In this document: positions 9,691 to 20,339 of the stretch, piece after piece | How positions within the stretch are numbered: the first letter of the stretch is position 1 | How the letters are laid out: each line of letters opens with the position of its first letter | NCBI GenBank assembly: GCA_037310415.1 | Contig: CP147780.1 | Location: forward strand, 416,001-480,000 | Direction: 5' to 3' | DNA length: 64,000 nucleotides | DNA from: Candidatus Atabeyarchaeum deiterrae | Lineage (GTDB): Archaea > Asgardarchaeota > Atabeyarchaeia > Atabeyarchaeales > Atabeyarchaeaceae | The notes under the pieces: generated by a model | Database searches by the model: none | The model's input: the letters and a program-made list of their open reading frames with translations, nothing else | What the model was told of the DNA's origin: nothing | Made by a program: the position numbers and the translations under genes

Positions 9691-10608
9691 TCAGAATAGT
9701 CCTCCAGAAATCGAAGTTCTTATCTTGCAGTAATTCTCTCTTATCTGCGGGATCTCTTTCTCAAGAACTTGCTTCTTTATCTCGTCGACAGTTCTCAATG
9801 ATTGGGAACTGTCCGTAGTATAGCCCGCAGTCAACCCTTGTATGATGAACCTCGTTAAGAACAGTTCATCGAAGCCTGGGGATATTATGGCGCCAGGTGT
9901 AAGCATCATGTACTCTCGGGCACTACTCACCAATTGCCGTATCTCAGGGGGATCAGTGTACTTCGACACTTTCCGTTTCGCTAGTTCTTCAAGTTCCTTG
10001 CCAACAAGCATTCTATTCATGAACTCAACGTGAGAACTGAGTATCTTGAGACCATGTTGCTTTGGAAACGCGGATGTATCGGAGCAACGTGCATCAAGCT
10101 CCTTGAAAGCGTCCTTGAACGGGGTGAAAACCTTCATAGCCAAAACCCCCCTCTCGTACTCTTGAACACTCAGCGGCTTGTCGATTATTGAGAATGGTAG
10201 CTCTGCCACATGTTCATTTAGGACGAGATCTGTCTCGCCTCGATACTCTTGCCTAGCGGAACCGATAAGTTCCAAGAGGTGAGGCGACAATACCATCCCT
10301 GTTATCTCTTTCGTATCCGCCACTAGTCCTCCTCGAACTTTGAAAGTGCTGTGGAACAATCCTGGACCGATGAGAAGCAGATTGATATCTTCACCTGAAA
10401 GACCGACCACATGAATAGAGTTTACTAGTGAGATCACCCAGTTTCTGGTTACGGTCTCAACATCAGTTCCGCGATACTGCCATAGACGATTGTTAATGTC
10501 CATTAGGTTGTTCCAGTCTTTGATCAGAAGCAGTAGGTTAACATATCTTGAGAACGAACCTTTGGCAATCAATTCGTTTAGGTACGCTTTTGATAAGAAA
10601 CCAACCAT
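9691..10608 (-). CDS. Hypothetical protein (305 aa)
   Basis: Long ORF with upstream AGGAGG SD; no motif recognised. Confidence 0.7.
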   Translation of the reverse strand: MVGFLSKAYLNELIAKGSFSRYVNLLLLIKDWNNLMDINNRLWQYRGTDVETVTRNWVISLVNSIHVVGLSGEDINLLLIGPGLFHSTFKVRGGLVADTKEITGMVLSPHLLELIGSARQEYRGETDLVLNEHVAELPFSIIDKPLSVQEYERGVLAMKVFTPFKDAFKELDARCSDTSAFPKQHGLKILSSHVEFMNRMLVGKELEELAKRKVSKYTDPPEIRQLVSSAREYMMLTPGAIISPGFDELFLTRFIIQGLTAGYTTDSSQSLRTVDEIKKQVLEKEIPQIRENYCKIRTSISGGLF

Positions 10609-10811
10609 CTTTTGATCCTCCTAACGCGCGCCTCTCCCACGCCATAGAATCAGTCTAAGCCGACCTTCCCTTACGATTAGCAAGAAATAACCGTTCACTA
10701 AAAGATTTAAGTCTTCCCTCCAGTTGCTAGTTAGGAACCAGCTTTTATCTCTGGGAGACATCCTAAGAAGATCGGTCATTCATCTTTCAATCGCTGATTT
10801 CAATTCTCTAG

Positions 10812-12455
10812 ATGTGGGGTTATTTGGAGAAAGTGTTTGAGACGAATATAGTCAAGAAGGATCATAGGAAAGTCAATCTTAAGATGGCGCTTTGCTACCC
10901 GGGACCCTACAGAGTCGGAATGTCTTCTTTGGCTGTTCACACGATCTATGGAATGGCCAATTCCCTTAGAGAGGTCGCATGTGAACGAGCATTCATGCAG
11001 TCGACTCCTGGGACTCCTGTTCATACACTCGAATCCAACGCCCCGTTAAGAAAGATGGATATTATTGGATTTTCACTGCAGTACGAGACCGACTATGTCA
11101 ACTTGCTGAGAATATTAATTGACTCTAACATTCCACTATTCTCCAAACACAGAAAGGTCGAAGATCCACTAGTCATCGCTGGGGGCCCTTGTGCGACGGG
11201 CAATCCTGAACCATTGTCAGACTTCGTTGATCTGTTTGTCATAGGCGAAGCCGAACCTGTTCTTCCAAAACTTCTCGACTTAGTAATGGGGATTAAGAAA
11301 CCACGCAACCACCTAGAAGAACTCCTAGATATTGAAGGACTATACATACCGTCGATGGATCAAGATTCAATTAAGCGTGTCTGGGCCAGCGATCTTGACG
11401 CCGCACCACACCCGACAAGGCAAGTCATCACGCACACTGCCCAAAGGAGCGAACATTCACCGATCTTTGGGGAGACTTTCCTGACAGAAGTCACCCGAGG
11501 TTGCAGTCAAGGGTGTAGATTCTGCTACATCGGGTATATTGCGAGACCAAACAGAGAGCGAACGTCAAGCAACATCAGAGAAATCATCGAGCAAGGCACC
11601 GCTCATACAGGTGTCGGTAAGGTCTCATTGGTTGGTTCGAGTCTGTCAGATTGCGCTCATCTCGCAGACACATGTAGTTGGATCGTTAATGATCTTGGAT
11701 TGAAGGTCTCACTCTCATCCATGAGAGCAGACTCGGTCCCTATCGAGCTGCTTAAGACCCTTGCCAAGGGAGGAGAGAGAACTCTGACAATAGCGCCAGA
11801 GACAGGCTCAGAGAGCCTCCGCAACTCTATTAACAAGAAGATCACAGATGATGCAATAGTACAAACAGCAGAGAATGCACTCGAAGCTGGTTTAAGAAAT
11901 GTGAAACTTTATTTCATGATAGGGCTGCCCCATGAGAGAGACGAGGACATTGCAGCCATAAATGGTCTAGTTCAGCGTGTTGCAAAGTTAGGGTATCAAT
12001 CGAGATCCATTAGGCTGAGCATTGTTCCCTTCACTCCAAAACCGCACACGCCCTTCCAGTGGTTCCAGCAAGCACCTAAACAAGACTTGCAGACCAAACT
12101 TAGAATAATTCACTCAGGTCTACATCTGAACAACAGAGTAGATATAGAGTCATTAGACCTGCGATGGGCTAGAATACAGGCAATTCTATCCACTGCAAAT
12201 AGAGGCATGGGCAGAATACTAGAGCAAGTAGCAAGAGAGGGTGGAACCCTGGGCACGTGGAGAAGAGCAATGACTATGGCTGCAAGCTCATTATCGACCT
12301 TCGAGATGGAACGCACAACTGAAACACCCTTACCATGGGACAAGATACAGATTGGGATAAACAAAGGATTTCTGAAAACTGAGATGGAAAAGTCAGTGAC
12401 TGGAATACAATCTCCTTCATGCCTTACGAAATGCTCAAACTGTGGGGTCTGTTAG
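10812..12455 (+). CDS. Radical SAM protein with B12-binding-like N-terminal domain
   Basis: RGCSQGCRFC CxxxCxxC, AGGP, APETGS, C-terminal CxxCxxCGVC. Confidence 0.85.
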   Translation: MWGYLEKVFETNIVKKDHRKVNLKMALCYPGPYRVGMSSLAVHTIYGMANSLREVACERAFMQSTPGTPVHTLESNAPLRKMDIIGFSLQYETDYVNLLRILIDSNIPLFSKHRKVEDPLVIAGGPCATGNPEPLSDFVDLFVIGEAEPVLPKLLDLVMGIKKPRNHLEELLDIEGLYIPSMDQDSIKRVWASDLDAAPHPTRQVITHTAQRSEHSPIFGETFLTEVTRGCSQGCRFCYIGYIARPNRERTSSNIREIIEQGTAHTGVGKVSLVGSSLSDCAHLADTCSWIVNDLGLKVSLSSMRADSVPIELLKTLAKGGERTLTIAPETGSESLRNSINKKITDDAIVQTAENALEAGLRNVKLYFMIGLPHERDEDIAAINGLVQRVAKLGYQSRSIRLSIVPFTPKPHTPFQWFQQAPKQDLQTKLRIIHSGLHLNNRVDIESLDLRWARIQAILSTANRGMGRILEQVAREGGTLGTWRRAMTMAASSLSTFEMERTTETPLPWDKIQIGINKGFLKTEMEKSVTGIQSPSCLTKCSNCGVC

Positions 12456-12518
12456 AGGAGATCTCACTCTCAAAGCAGAAAAACTGATTAATATCGCCAT
12501 TGATAAGTTGATCATGAA

Positions 12519-12908
12519 GTGAGAGGAATGGCGTACGACAAGGAATCGTTCAAGAAAAGGTTCCCTCATCTATACGAAGAAATCGAAGATCCAAAAGAAA
12601 ACAACGTACAGCAACCCACCGACGAAAGCGGCGAAGTCGACTCTCTTAGTGGGTTTGTGCCCGAGGCTACCTCTTACATCAGGAGAGCTCACACTGACGA
12701 TGAGGCGATAGAGATCGTAAGCTACTTGATGAAGAGAACAGAGATATCGAATGAGTATGCGAAAAGCCTAGTTCAGCAAATTCAAGAGAAGGGTGTTAGA
12801 TCGTTTGGAACCCTTAAGACGTGGGGGCATTATGAAAAGACTTACAGAAGAAAGCCGTTGCGAAGCAATAATGACGAAGACGATAACGAGGACGAGAAAC
12901 TTGATTGA
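12519..12908 (+). CDS. Conserved archaeal protein (DUF2095-like)
   Basis: FKKRFPHLYEEI, YIRRA, GVRSFG..K.WGHY. Confidence 0.75.
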   Translation: MRGMAYDKESFKKRFPHLYEEIEDPKENNVQQPTDESGEVDSLSGFVPEATSYIRRAHTDDEAIEIVSYLMKRTEISNEYAKSLVQQIQEKGVRSFGTLKTWGHYEKTYRRKPLRSNNDEDDNEDEKLD

Positions 12909-12986
12909 GAGCTTCACGCAACTGACAATGAAAGCTCTCTTTGTACGGCACACAGCATGATACGTCCGAGCCTGGAGGTTAGCTAT

Positions 12987-14204
12987 TTGGCTGGAATAGG
13001 AATAGTTGGGAAGCCATCATCTGGAAAGACAACCTTCACAAATGCCGCCTGCATGACTTCCTACAAAGTGACAGGCGTTCCGTTCACGACAATAGGCGCC
13101 CAATTTGGGGTGACTTATGTTCGGGTCAAGTGCGCCTGCAAGGAGCTCGGTATTGTAGATAATCCGAACAACTCTAGATGTGTGGATGGCGTGAGATACG
13201 TACCTGTGAAGCTAGTTGATGTAGCTGGTCTGATACCTGGTAGCCACCAAGGAAAGGGGCTCGGAAACCAGTTCTTGACAGACATGGCTGAACAATCTTC
13301 AGCGCTTATCCATGTTGTTGATGCCTCGGGCTCTCGTGATTTTGAAGGAAAGATAATCGGTCCCGGAGCGCAAGATCCACTTGAAGATGTCAGGTTCCTT
13401 GAGAGGGAATTAGATCTGTGGTTTCTTCAGATTATTCAAAGAGATTGGGGAAGGATCGCAACAAGGACCGAGGCTGAGCGAAAGCCCCTTGTAAGCCTTC
13501 TGGGGGAGAAACTCTCCGGTCTTGGCGTCACGACACGTAACATCATTGAGGGCATGACAAAGTCAGGGGTCAAGTCTGAGAAACCAAAGAGTTGGAGTGC
13601 AGAAGATCTCCAGAAGTTCGCTTCGAACCTGAGAAAGGTATCCAAACCCATGGTCATAGCCGCCAACAAGATAGACCTTAGACCAGCGGACGCCAACTTT
13701 CAGCGCATGAAGGAATCACTGAAGGAGTACTCAGTCATTCCAACTACTGTACTCGGAGAATATGCGCTGAGGAAACTTGCTGACGATGGTATTGTCGCTT
13801 ACAATCCAGGTGATCCCGATTTTCAAATTCTGAAGCCCGAGAAACTCTCAGATAAAGACAAGGACTCGCTCACGAAATTGAAGAAAGAAGTGCTGGAGAA
13901 ATATGGCTCGACGGGTGTGCAAGATGTTATTGACAAAGTGGTCTTCGGATTATTAGACATGATCTATGTGTTTCCAGTCGAAGACCAAAACAGCTACACG
14001 GACCACGAAGGAAGAGTGCTACCAGATGTGTATTTGGCGCCTCGAGGAACGACACCCCGGCAGCTAGCTTATATGGTACACACAGAATTGGGCGACTCAT
14101 ATATCGGCGCAGTTGATGCAAGACGAAAACAAAAAATAGGTGAAGACTATGAGTTGAAAAACGGCGATGTGATAAAAATCATAGCCGCTGCTGCCAAGAA
14201 GTAA
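12987..14204 (+). CDS. Obg-family YchF-like GTPase/ATPase with TGS domain
   Basis: GKPSSGKTT, PFTTI, DVAGL, ANKID, C-terminal TGS domain. Confidence 0.9.
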   Translation: MAGIGIVGKPSSGKTTFTNAACMTSYKVTGVPFTTIGAQFGVTYVRVKCACKELGIVDNPNNSRCVDGVRYVPVKLVDVAGLIPGSHQGKGLGNQFLTDMAEQSSALIHVVDASGSRDFEGKIIGPGAQDPLEDVRFLERELDLWFLQIIQRDWGRIATRTEAERKPLVSLLGEKLSGLGVTTRNIIEGMTKSGVKSEKPKSWSAEDLQKFASNLRKVSKPMVIAANKIDLRPADANFQRMKESLKEYSVIPTTVLGEYALRKLADDGIVAYNPGDPDFQILKPEKLSDKDKDSLTKLKKEVLEKYGSTGVQDVIDKVVFGLLDMIYVFPVEDQNSYTDHEGRVLPDVYLAPRGTTPRQLAYMVHTELGDSYIGAVDARRKQKIGEDYELKNGDVIKIIAAAAKK

Positions 14205-14300
14205 GAACAGAATAAAAAAGAGTCATTTTATCAAACTTAAAGCTTAATAGGAGCATTATGAAATTCAGATTCATATCAAGAGAAGATGGAGAAATGATCT

Positions 14301-15662
14301 ATGAAAATAGTTATTATTGGTGCAGGAGCCGCTGGAACAAGTGCCGCAACTGAGGCAAGGAAGATTAACAGAGAAGCAGAGATTACTGTTATCAACAGTG
14401 AAGGGTACCCAGAGTATTCAAGATGTGGGCTGCCATACGCCATCTCAGGTGAGATCAAAGCATTCGAGAACCTCATACTTCATGGAGAGAGCTGGTATGA
14501 CAAGTTTGGCAAAGTGAAGTTAATGCTAAGCACGGAAGTAATGCAGATTCAACTGGACTCGAACACAATAAAGGTCAAGCATCACGATGGATCATCTGAA
14601 GACTTACAATACGATAGTCTTGTGTTAGCCACCGGCTCAAAGCCTAGCGTGCCGCCGATCCAAGGCTTGGAGAAGAAAGGAGTTTTCACTCTGAGAACGA
14701 TCGGTGATGGAAAGAACATTATGAACTTCGGAACACATGGAAAAAGGGCCGTTGTCGTGGGAGCCGGACTAATAGGTCTGGAGCTAGCTGAGGCGCTACA
14801 CTCGAGAGGCGTGAAAGTGACCGTAATAGAATTCCTTCCCAATGTTCTTCTTGCCATGGTTGATGATGACATCGCTGAAGTAGTAAGAAAGAAGATAGAA
14901 GAAGAAGGTGTAAAGCTGATACTAAACACTAAGGTCGACGAAGTGGTCGGCAAGGAGAAAGTTGAGGGAGTTGTGGCTACCAACAGAGAAAACAATGAGA
15001 AGGTGACCGTTGAGGCAGACATGATTGTTTTGGCTGCGGGAATAAAGCCAGATACCAGTCTCGCCGAGAAAGCAGGAATCAAATTGGGTCCAGCAAAGGC
15101 AATCAAGGTTAACGAACACATGAGAACTAGTATCGAGAACATCTATGGCGCTGGGGAATGCACAGAGTATATTGACTTTGTCACTGGAGAATCTACGAGA
15201 GTTGGACTTGGAACTATCGCAGTCAGACAAGGAAAGGTCGCAGGCACAAATGCTGCTGGAGGCAACATTGCGCTGGAACGTCTTCTCAACTGCAGGGTAA
15301 CAAAACTATTTGGAGTAGAAGTTGCTGGCGTTGGGCCAGTCAGTGATGCTGCTACAAAGGCTGGCATCAAACTGATATCAGCAAAGTTCCGTGGATCAAC
15401 CCTACCAGAGTACATGCCAGGCGGGAAGGAGATAGCGGTCAAGGTTCTGGCAGACGAGAAAGGCAAAATCGTAGGCGCCCAGATCGTTGGTGAAGAAGAG
15501 GTTGCACAGAGAATAAACATCTTTGCTGCCGGCATCTTGAAGGGAATCAACGTTGAGGAATTCTCCTATCTCGAGACTTGTTATGCTCCCCCGATCGCGC
15601 CAACTTGGGATTCCATAACAATAGCTGCAGAGTCCGTAGCGAAAAAACTCAAAAGGAGATAG
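14301..15662 (+). CDS. NADH oxidase / CoA-disulfide reductase family flavoprotein
   Basis: GAGAAG, YSRCGLPY redox Cys, GAGLIGLE, YAPP. Confidence 0.88.
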   Translation: MKIVIIGAGAAGTSAATEARKINREAEITVINSEGYPEYSRCGLPYAISGEIKAFENLILHGESWYDKFGKVKLMLSTEVMQIQLDSNTIKVKHHDGSSEDLQYDSLVLATGSKPSVPPIQGLEKKGVFTLRTIGDGKNIMNFGTHGKRAVVVGAGLIGLELAEALHSRGVKVTVIEFLPNVLLAMVDDDIAEVVRKKIEEEGVKLILNTKVDEVVGKEKVEGVVATNRENNEKVTVEADMIVLAAGIKPDTSLAEKAGIKLGPAKAIKVNEHMRTSIENIYGAGECTEYIDFVTGESTRVGLGTIAVRQGKVAGTNAAGGNIALERLLNCRVTKLFGVEVAGVGPVSDAATKAGIKLISAKFRGSTLPEYMPGGKEIAVKVLADEKGKIVGAQIVGEEEVAQRINIFAAGILKGINVEEFSYLETCYAPPIAPTWDSITIAAESVAKKLKRR

Positions 15663-15680
15663 ATCCTCATTATTCGCTCG

Positions 15681-16622
15681 CTACTTTTTTTGCAGTAACT
15701 CCATTATTTTTGCTGATATTATTTCTCCGGCTGCTTCCTGAGCTTCATTAGTCTGCGCTCCGATGTGTGGAGTACAAACCACGTTTGGAAGTCTGACCAA
15801 GTTCAGGTTCTTCGGAGGCTCTTCTTCAAAGACATCGAGTCCTGCACCGCCAATCTTTCCATCCTTGATTGCTTTTGATAGCGCTGATTCATCAATCACG
15901 CCTCCTCTAGAAGCGTTGATCACTACGGCATTCCTTTTCATCAATGCAAACTCCTTTTCCCCAAACATATGGTGCGTCTCCGGCAGAGCTGGGACGTGAA
16001 TCGTTATGTAATCGGAGGTTCTGACAAGTTTTTCTAATGCGGTCCGGTTGGACCCAACAGCTTCGACTCCCATTCTACTTGCGCTCTCAAGAGAAGCTGA
16101 CAATACATCGTAAGCTTGTGCTTTCATTTCAAAAGCAATCGCTCTCCTTGCCACCTCTCTGCCTATCCTTCCAAATCCGACGATACCAAGAATCTTCCCT
16201 CTCAACTCAGAGCCAACCAGTGTATGCTTCAGCCATTTGCCTTCTTTCAAGGCAGCGTCAGCAATGCTAATGCTACGGGCCAAGGATAGCATGAATCCGA
16301 AAACAAGCTCGGCAACCGAGACTGAGGGTGCTTCTGGCGAGTTCAAAACAGTTATTCTCTTGAGCTTTGCTGCGTTTACATCAACATTGTCAAGCCCGAC
16401 ACCCGCCCTTGCGATAACTTTCAGCTTTGTTCCAGCTTCTATGATCTCTTTGGTTACTTTGGTTCGTGATCTGACTACCAGCACGTCAAAATCTTTTATG
16501 GTTTTCAGGAGACCATCTTGACTAAGCTCATTTACAGTCACATCGTAACCGTTGTCCTGCAATTGCTTAATAGCTCCCTTGCTAATTGGATCCGTAACTA
16601 AGATCCTGACTTTCTTATCCAA
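15681..16622 (-). CDS. D-3-phosphoglycerate / D-2-hydroxyacid dehydrogenase
   Basis: RAGVGLDNVD, GFGRIG, NASRGG, DVFEEEP, TPHIGA; no ACT domain. Confidence 0.88.
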   Translation of the reverse strand: MDKKVRILVTDPISKGAIKQLQDNGYDVTVNELSQDGLLKTIKDFDVLVVRSRTKVTKEIIEAGTKLKVIARAGVGLDNVDVNAAKLKRITVLNSPEAPSVSVAELVFGFMLSLARSISIADAALKEGKWLKHTLVGSELRGKILGIVGFGRIGREVARRAIAFEMKAQAYDVLSASLESASRMGVEAVGSNRTALEKLVRTSDYITIHVPALPETHHMFGEKEFALMKRNAVVINASRGGVIDESALSKAIKDGKIGGAGLDVFEEEPPKNLNLVRLPNVVCTPHIGAQTNEAQEAAGEIISAKIMELLQKK

Positions 16623-16849
16623 GGTTCAACACCACAGACCAGTTAATTGGGCGTATTTTACTTAGCTTCCAGGCTATTTATAAAAGGTTTGCTGGACGAA
16701 AGGGAGAAAAATTTAAGTGCATTTGACCACTTGAACCTATGACGTTGTCTTACTAGGCTACATCGACTGCATGTTTTCTTCTCAAGTCTTAAATGGTCTA
16801 TAGGACTATTGGACTAAATCATGCTGGAAATCCAAAGTGAGGGAGTACA

Positions 16850-17440
16850 TTGACTTCAATATACGGCCATATTGCAGAGTACTGGAGAGAAAGGGAGAAG
16901 AACCCTGAATTCACCCGTCTGATGTGGGAGCGGCTGATAGAGTGGAGACGCGAACCGACAGTTACGCGAGTCGACAGACCATCAAGATTAGATCGTGCAA
17001 GGCGACTTGGGTACAAGGCCAAGCAGGGCTACATGATAGCGAGAGTTAAGACCAGAAGAGGGTCGCTGAATAGAATAAGACCCGTGGCGGGCAGAAAGCC
17101 AGGAAAGCTGGGCGTTCAGAAGATTACGCTACTGAAGAACTACCGTTGGGTTGCAGAGGAAAAAGCTGCAAGAAAGTTCCCAAACCTCACAGTTCTGAAC
17201 TCCTATTATGTGGCTGAGGATGGGAAATATAAGTGGCATGAAGTCATCCTGGTTGATCCTCATCACCCATCAATCATTAACGATCTCAGCATCAACTGGG
17301 TATGTAACCCCGTTCAGCACAGCCGAGTGTTCAGAGGAACTACAAGTGCAGGTAAGAAGTCAAGAGGATTACGAAGAAAAGGTCGCGGTGCAGAAAAACT
17401 GAGACCTTCGTTGCTTGCCCACGGGCACCGTGGGAAATGA
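16850..17440 (+). CDS. rpl15e: 50S ribosomal protein L15e
   Basis: RLDRARRLGYKAKQG, VLNSYYV, EVILVDP, RGTTSAG. Confidence 0.95.
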   Translation: MTSIYGHIAEYWREREKNPEFTRLMWERLIEWRREPTVTRVDRPSRLDRARRLGYKAKQGYMIARVKTRRGSLNRIRPVAGRKPGKLGVQKITLLKNYRWVAEEKAARKFPNLTVLNSYYVAEDGKYKWHEVILVDPHHPSIINDLSINWVCNPVQHSRVFRGTTSAGKKSRGLRRKGRGAEKLRPSLLAHGHRGK

Positions 17441-17522
17441 TGTGAAGTGTCCGCATCATTCTCCGTTTTTACTTTTCCCGCTGCAAGTCACGGACCTGAC
17501 GAAGAAAGGAGAAAAAGAAACT

Positions 17523-17978
17523 TTGAACGAAGTACATGTTACAGAAATAAGTATGGAAGTCTTTAGCCATGCTACTGAAGAATCCACTAGAGTCTTGAAG
17601 GCACTATTCTCGCTTATACCTCCCAACTGCAGAACCAAGGTCGAAGTAAAGGAAGAGGCAGTCAGAGGATACTTCAAAAACCCAATAATAGTCTTCCGTG
17701 CAAAGTTGTCGAGGAGACAAGAAGCGGAAGACATGTTCCAGTTTCTAGCTCGTGAAGTTCCTGATGATGACAAGGATCGTCTAGGAAAAGAAATCGGGCG
17801 CCGAATCGATGACTCAGGCAAACTCTTTTTAAGATTTGACAAACAGGCAGCATACAATGGGACCATGTCATTGCGCCAAGATGATGACACAATCAAACTA
17901 GTCCTGCGTTTCTCTGGTTACCCTGCAAGAAGAGAGCAGGTAACGGATCTCTGTAAGGTAAGCGGACTAATCCGTTGA
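17523..17978 (+). CDS. RNA-binding protein (DUF54 family)
   Basis: HATEE, GYFKNPI, LRFDKQAAY; synteny with rpl15e. Confidence 0.8.
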   Translation: MNEVHVTEISMEVFSHATEESTRVLKALFSLIPPNCRTKVEVKEEAVRGYFKNPIIVFRAKLSRRQEAEDMFQFLAREVPDDDKDRLGKEIGRRIDDSGKLFLRFDKQAAYNGTMSLRQDDDTIKLVLRFSGYPARREQVTDLCKVSGLIR

Positions 17979-18019
17979 CGATGCCTCTTTTTGTGAATGG
18001 AATTTGAAGTTGAAGGAAA

Positions 18020-18388
18020 ATGAAAAACGTGAGACACCGATATGTCGCATTTGAAGTTGGGAGTGTTTCAACGGACAGAGATGGTAAGTCGGCAATAGCG
18101 AGGGCCATTTTGAACAAGATTAAGGAAAGGTCAAACATGGCTCAACAAGGCAGGTTTGAGTTCCGAGTCATCGACTATGACAGTTCGAAATCGAGGGGGA
18201 TTATAAAAGTAATTCCTCACAGTGCCATCGAAGAGATAAAGAAACTTGTTCTGTCGATAAACGAAATCAACAATCATCCAACTGAGCTGCGCATTCTGGG
18301 TGTTAGTGGAACCATCAAATCGCTAAGAGGAAAATACATGAGTGACAGAGTTCGATTCAGACCAAAAGTGATAAATCCAGCGGATTGA
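18020..18388 (+). CDS. RNase P protein Pop5/Rpp14
   Basis: RHRYVAF and LGVSGTIK motifs. Confidence 0.85.
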   Translation: MKNVRHRYVAFEVGSVSTDRDGKSAIARAILNKIKERSNMAQQGRFEFRVIDYDSSKSRGIIKVIPHSAIEEIKKLVLSINEINNHPTELRILGVSGTIKSLRGKYMSDRVRFRPKVINPAD

Positions 18389-18978
18389 ATGTATTCAATC
18401 GGAGGGATGATCCAGCCGTCCCAGGATGAGCAGCAAAGCGATGAATTTCTCGCGACGAAGAGACCTCCACTATTCTTGATCTCAGCTGTTTTCCATTTTC
18501 TGTCATACCATTTCCGTTTCCCCTTGAGAAAGGTAATAGGTTAAGAATCTTCATTTTCTTCCATATGCTCGCCTCATGGGCAGCTCAGATGCATTTCTTT
18601 TTCTGCGCTATTAGGAGAGAAACCGATCTACAGAATGCCAAGCTTCACTGTAATTGGCACTTCTCTCAACTGAAGATAAGCAGACAAAGCACCACCTCAG
18701 AGTCCAAGAAATTGAAGATTATCCAAACGACTGGGCTCAACCTCACATATGCTAGATCAGTGTTTGACGGGAAGTACGCCTCGGGTGTAAATAGAAGATA
18801 ATATGCTGTGCTCTGGCTTTCCAAGCGACTACTCGTTTGACTTAACAGCAAGCCATTCTCGATTTGCCTCTCCAAGATCAACTAACTAGAAAGGTTTATT
18901 TCATTGTAGTATTAACAGAGAAGCCATCAATCTTCAGGCGGTTATCGAATAGATTATTGATGGTTATGAGTGGTCTGA

Positions 18979-19374
18979 ATGGGCAAAGACAGCGCTGCTG
19001 AGCCAGATCGGAGGCTGATTGTGAGAACTATCGCCGTCTCTATCATTGTCGCCGTTGTAGCGTTGTCAGTAACGGTGTTTGTTAGGTTGACTCCTTTGTG
19101 GAGTACTTTCAGTTCTCAGCTCGTTACAATGCTGATTCTAGTCTTCCTTCTATGGCTATTCTTCGTGGCGTTTTTGGTTGGTTTCGCAAATTACAGGGAG
19201 TTGGGGAGAAGTGTCTCAGGCTGGCTGGATGTCATAGTTCTTTTGGTTGTTCAAGGAGTCTTATCCTTTTTGATTCTTGCGGATTTGGTATATTTTTCAG
19301 TAGTTATTCTCTTGTGCCTGGCGTTTATCGTGTATCTTCATGCTGCGCAGCCATCATCGAAGACATCGACTTAA
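18979..19374 (+). CDS. Small four-TM membrane protein
   Basis: Four hydrophobic segments; AAAGGTTTATT promoter-like site upstream. Confidence 0.7.
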   Translation: MGKDSAAEPDRRLIVRTIAVSIIVAVVALSVTVFVRLTPLWSTFSSQLVTMLILVFLLWLFFVAFLVGFANYRELGRSVSGWLDVIVLLVVQGVLSFLILADLVYFSVVILLCLAFIVYLHAAQPSSKTST

Positions 19375-19562
19375 CAGTTGTTTTATATGCATGGAATCGG
19401 TATCTGGGTCTAGCAAATCATTAGTTCTAAGAACGAAAGGTAGAGGGAAAAGAATAAGAATAGTAGATGGTTTCTTTCCCCCCCAACTAAACAATCTGCT
19501 TGATGAACATTGTCATTGTCTGCTGAATCGCTGGACTCAGTGATTTAGGAGGATGGTTATGC

Positions 19563-20282
19563 TTGTTTGCTCCACCCGGTACTGGTTATGATCGTGCGAT
19601 TACGGTCTTCAGCCCAGATGGCAGATTATTCCAGGTTGAGTATGCGTTGGAAGCTGTGCGACGCGGAACTACGGCAATTGGCATCAAAAGCAAAGATGGT
19701 GTGGTTCTTGCTGTTGAGAAGAGAGTACTAGGCCTCCAAGAACCCAAGAGTGTTGAGAAGGTATTCATGGTTGACGATCACATGGGAGCAGCAATTGCTG
19801 GTCTGACTGCAGATGCGCGGGTTCTTGTGGATCAGGCGAGATTGGACGCTCAAATCAATAGGCTTACGTATGATGAACCCATCGGAGTTGAGGCGTTAAC
19901 GCGGCAGATTAGCGATCTGAAGCAATGGTGCACACAACATGCAGGCGTACGTCCTTTTGGAGTTTCGCTTCTAATGGCTGGAGTAGATGACTTAGGAACT
20001 CACCTGTACTTGACTGACCCAAGCGGAACATATTGGAGCTATAAGGCTGGAGCAATAGGCGCAGGAGGACAAAATGCAAAGGAGATGCTACAGAAGGAGT
20101 ACAGGGATGACATTTCGGTGGAAGAATGCATAGTACTGGCTTTGAAGATCCTTTCTCAAGTTATCGAAGAAGGGTTTGATCCTTCTAAGGTTGAAGTCGC
20201 GGTGATAAGAAAAGAGATCAGGAAATTCGAGTATCTGACACTCGAGGAAATTGGGAGTTACTTAGAAAAAGTGCAGAAGTGA
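19563..20282 (+). CDS. psmA: Proteasome alpha subunit
   Basis: YDRAITVFSPDGRLFQVEYA, RPFGVSLL. Confidence 0.96.
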   Translation: MFAPPGTGYDRAITVFSPDGRLFQVEYALEAVRRGTTAIGIKSKDGVVLAVEKRVLGLQEPKSVEKVFMVDDHMGAAIAGLTADARVLVDQARLDAQINRLTYDEPIGVEALTRQISDLKQWCTQHAGVRPFGVSLLMAGVDDLGTHLYLTDPSGTYWSYKAGAIGAGGQNAKEMLQKEYRDDISVEECIVLALKILSQVIEEGFDPSKVEVAVIRKEIRKFEYLTLEEIGSYLEKVQK

Positions 20283-20339
20283 GTCAGAAGAGAGAATTTG
20301 GTGTTCCCACGGACACCTTCCTAGTGGACGAGATACATC

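Noticed and set aside
18357-18881. Minus-strand ORFs ending in TGA as a possible recoded or spliced gene
   Set aside because: Another stop follows seven codons later and there is no recognisable motif
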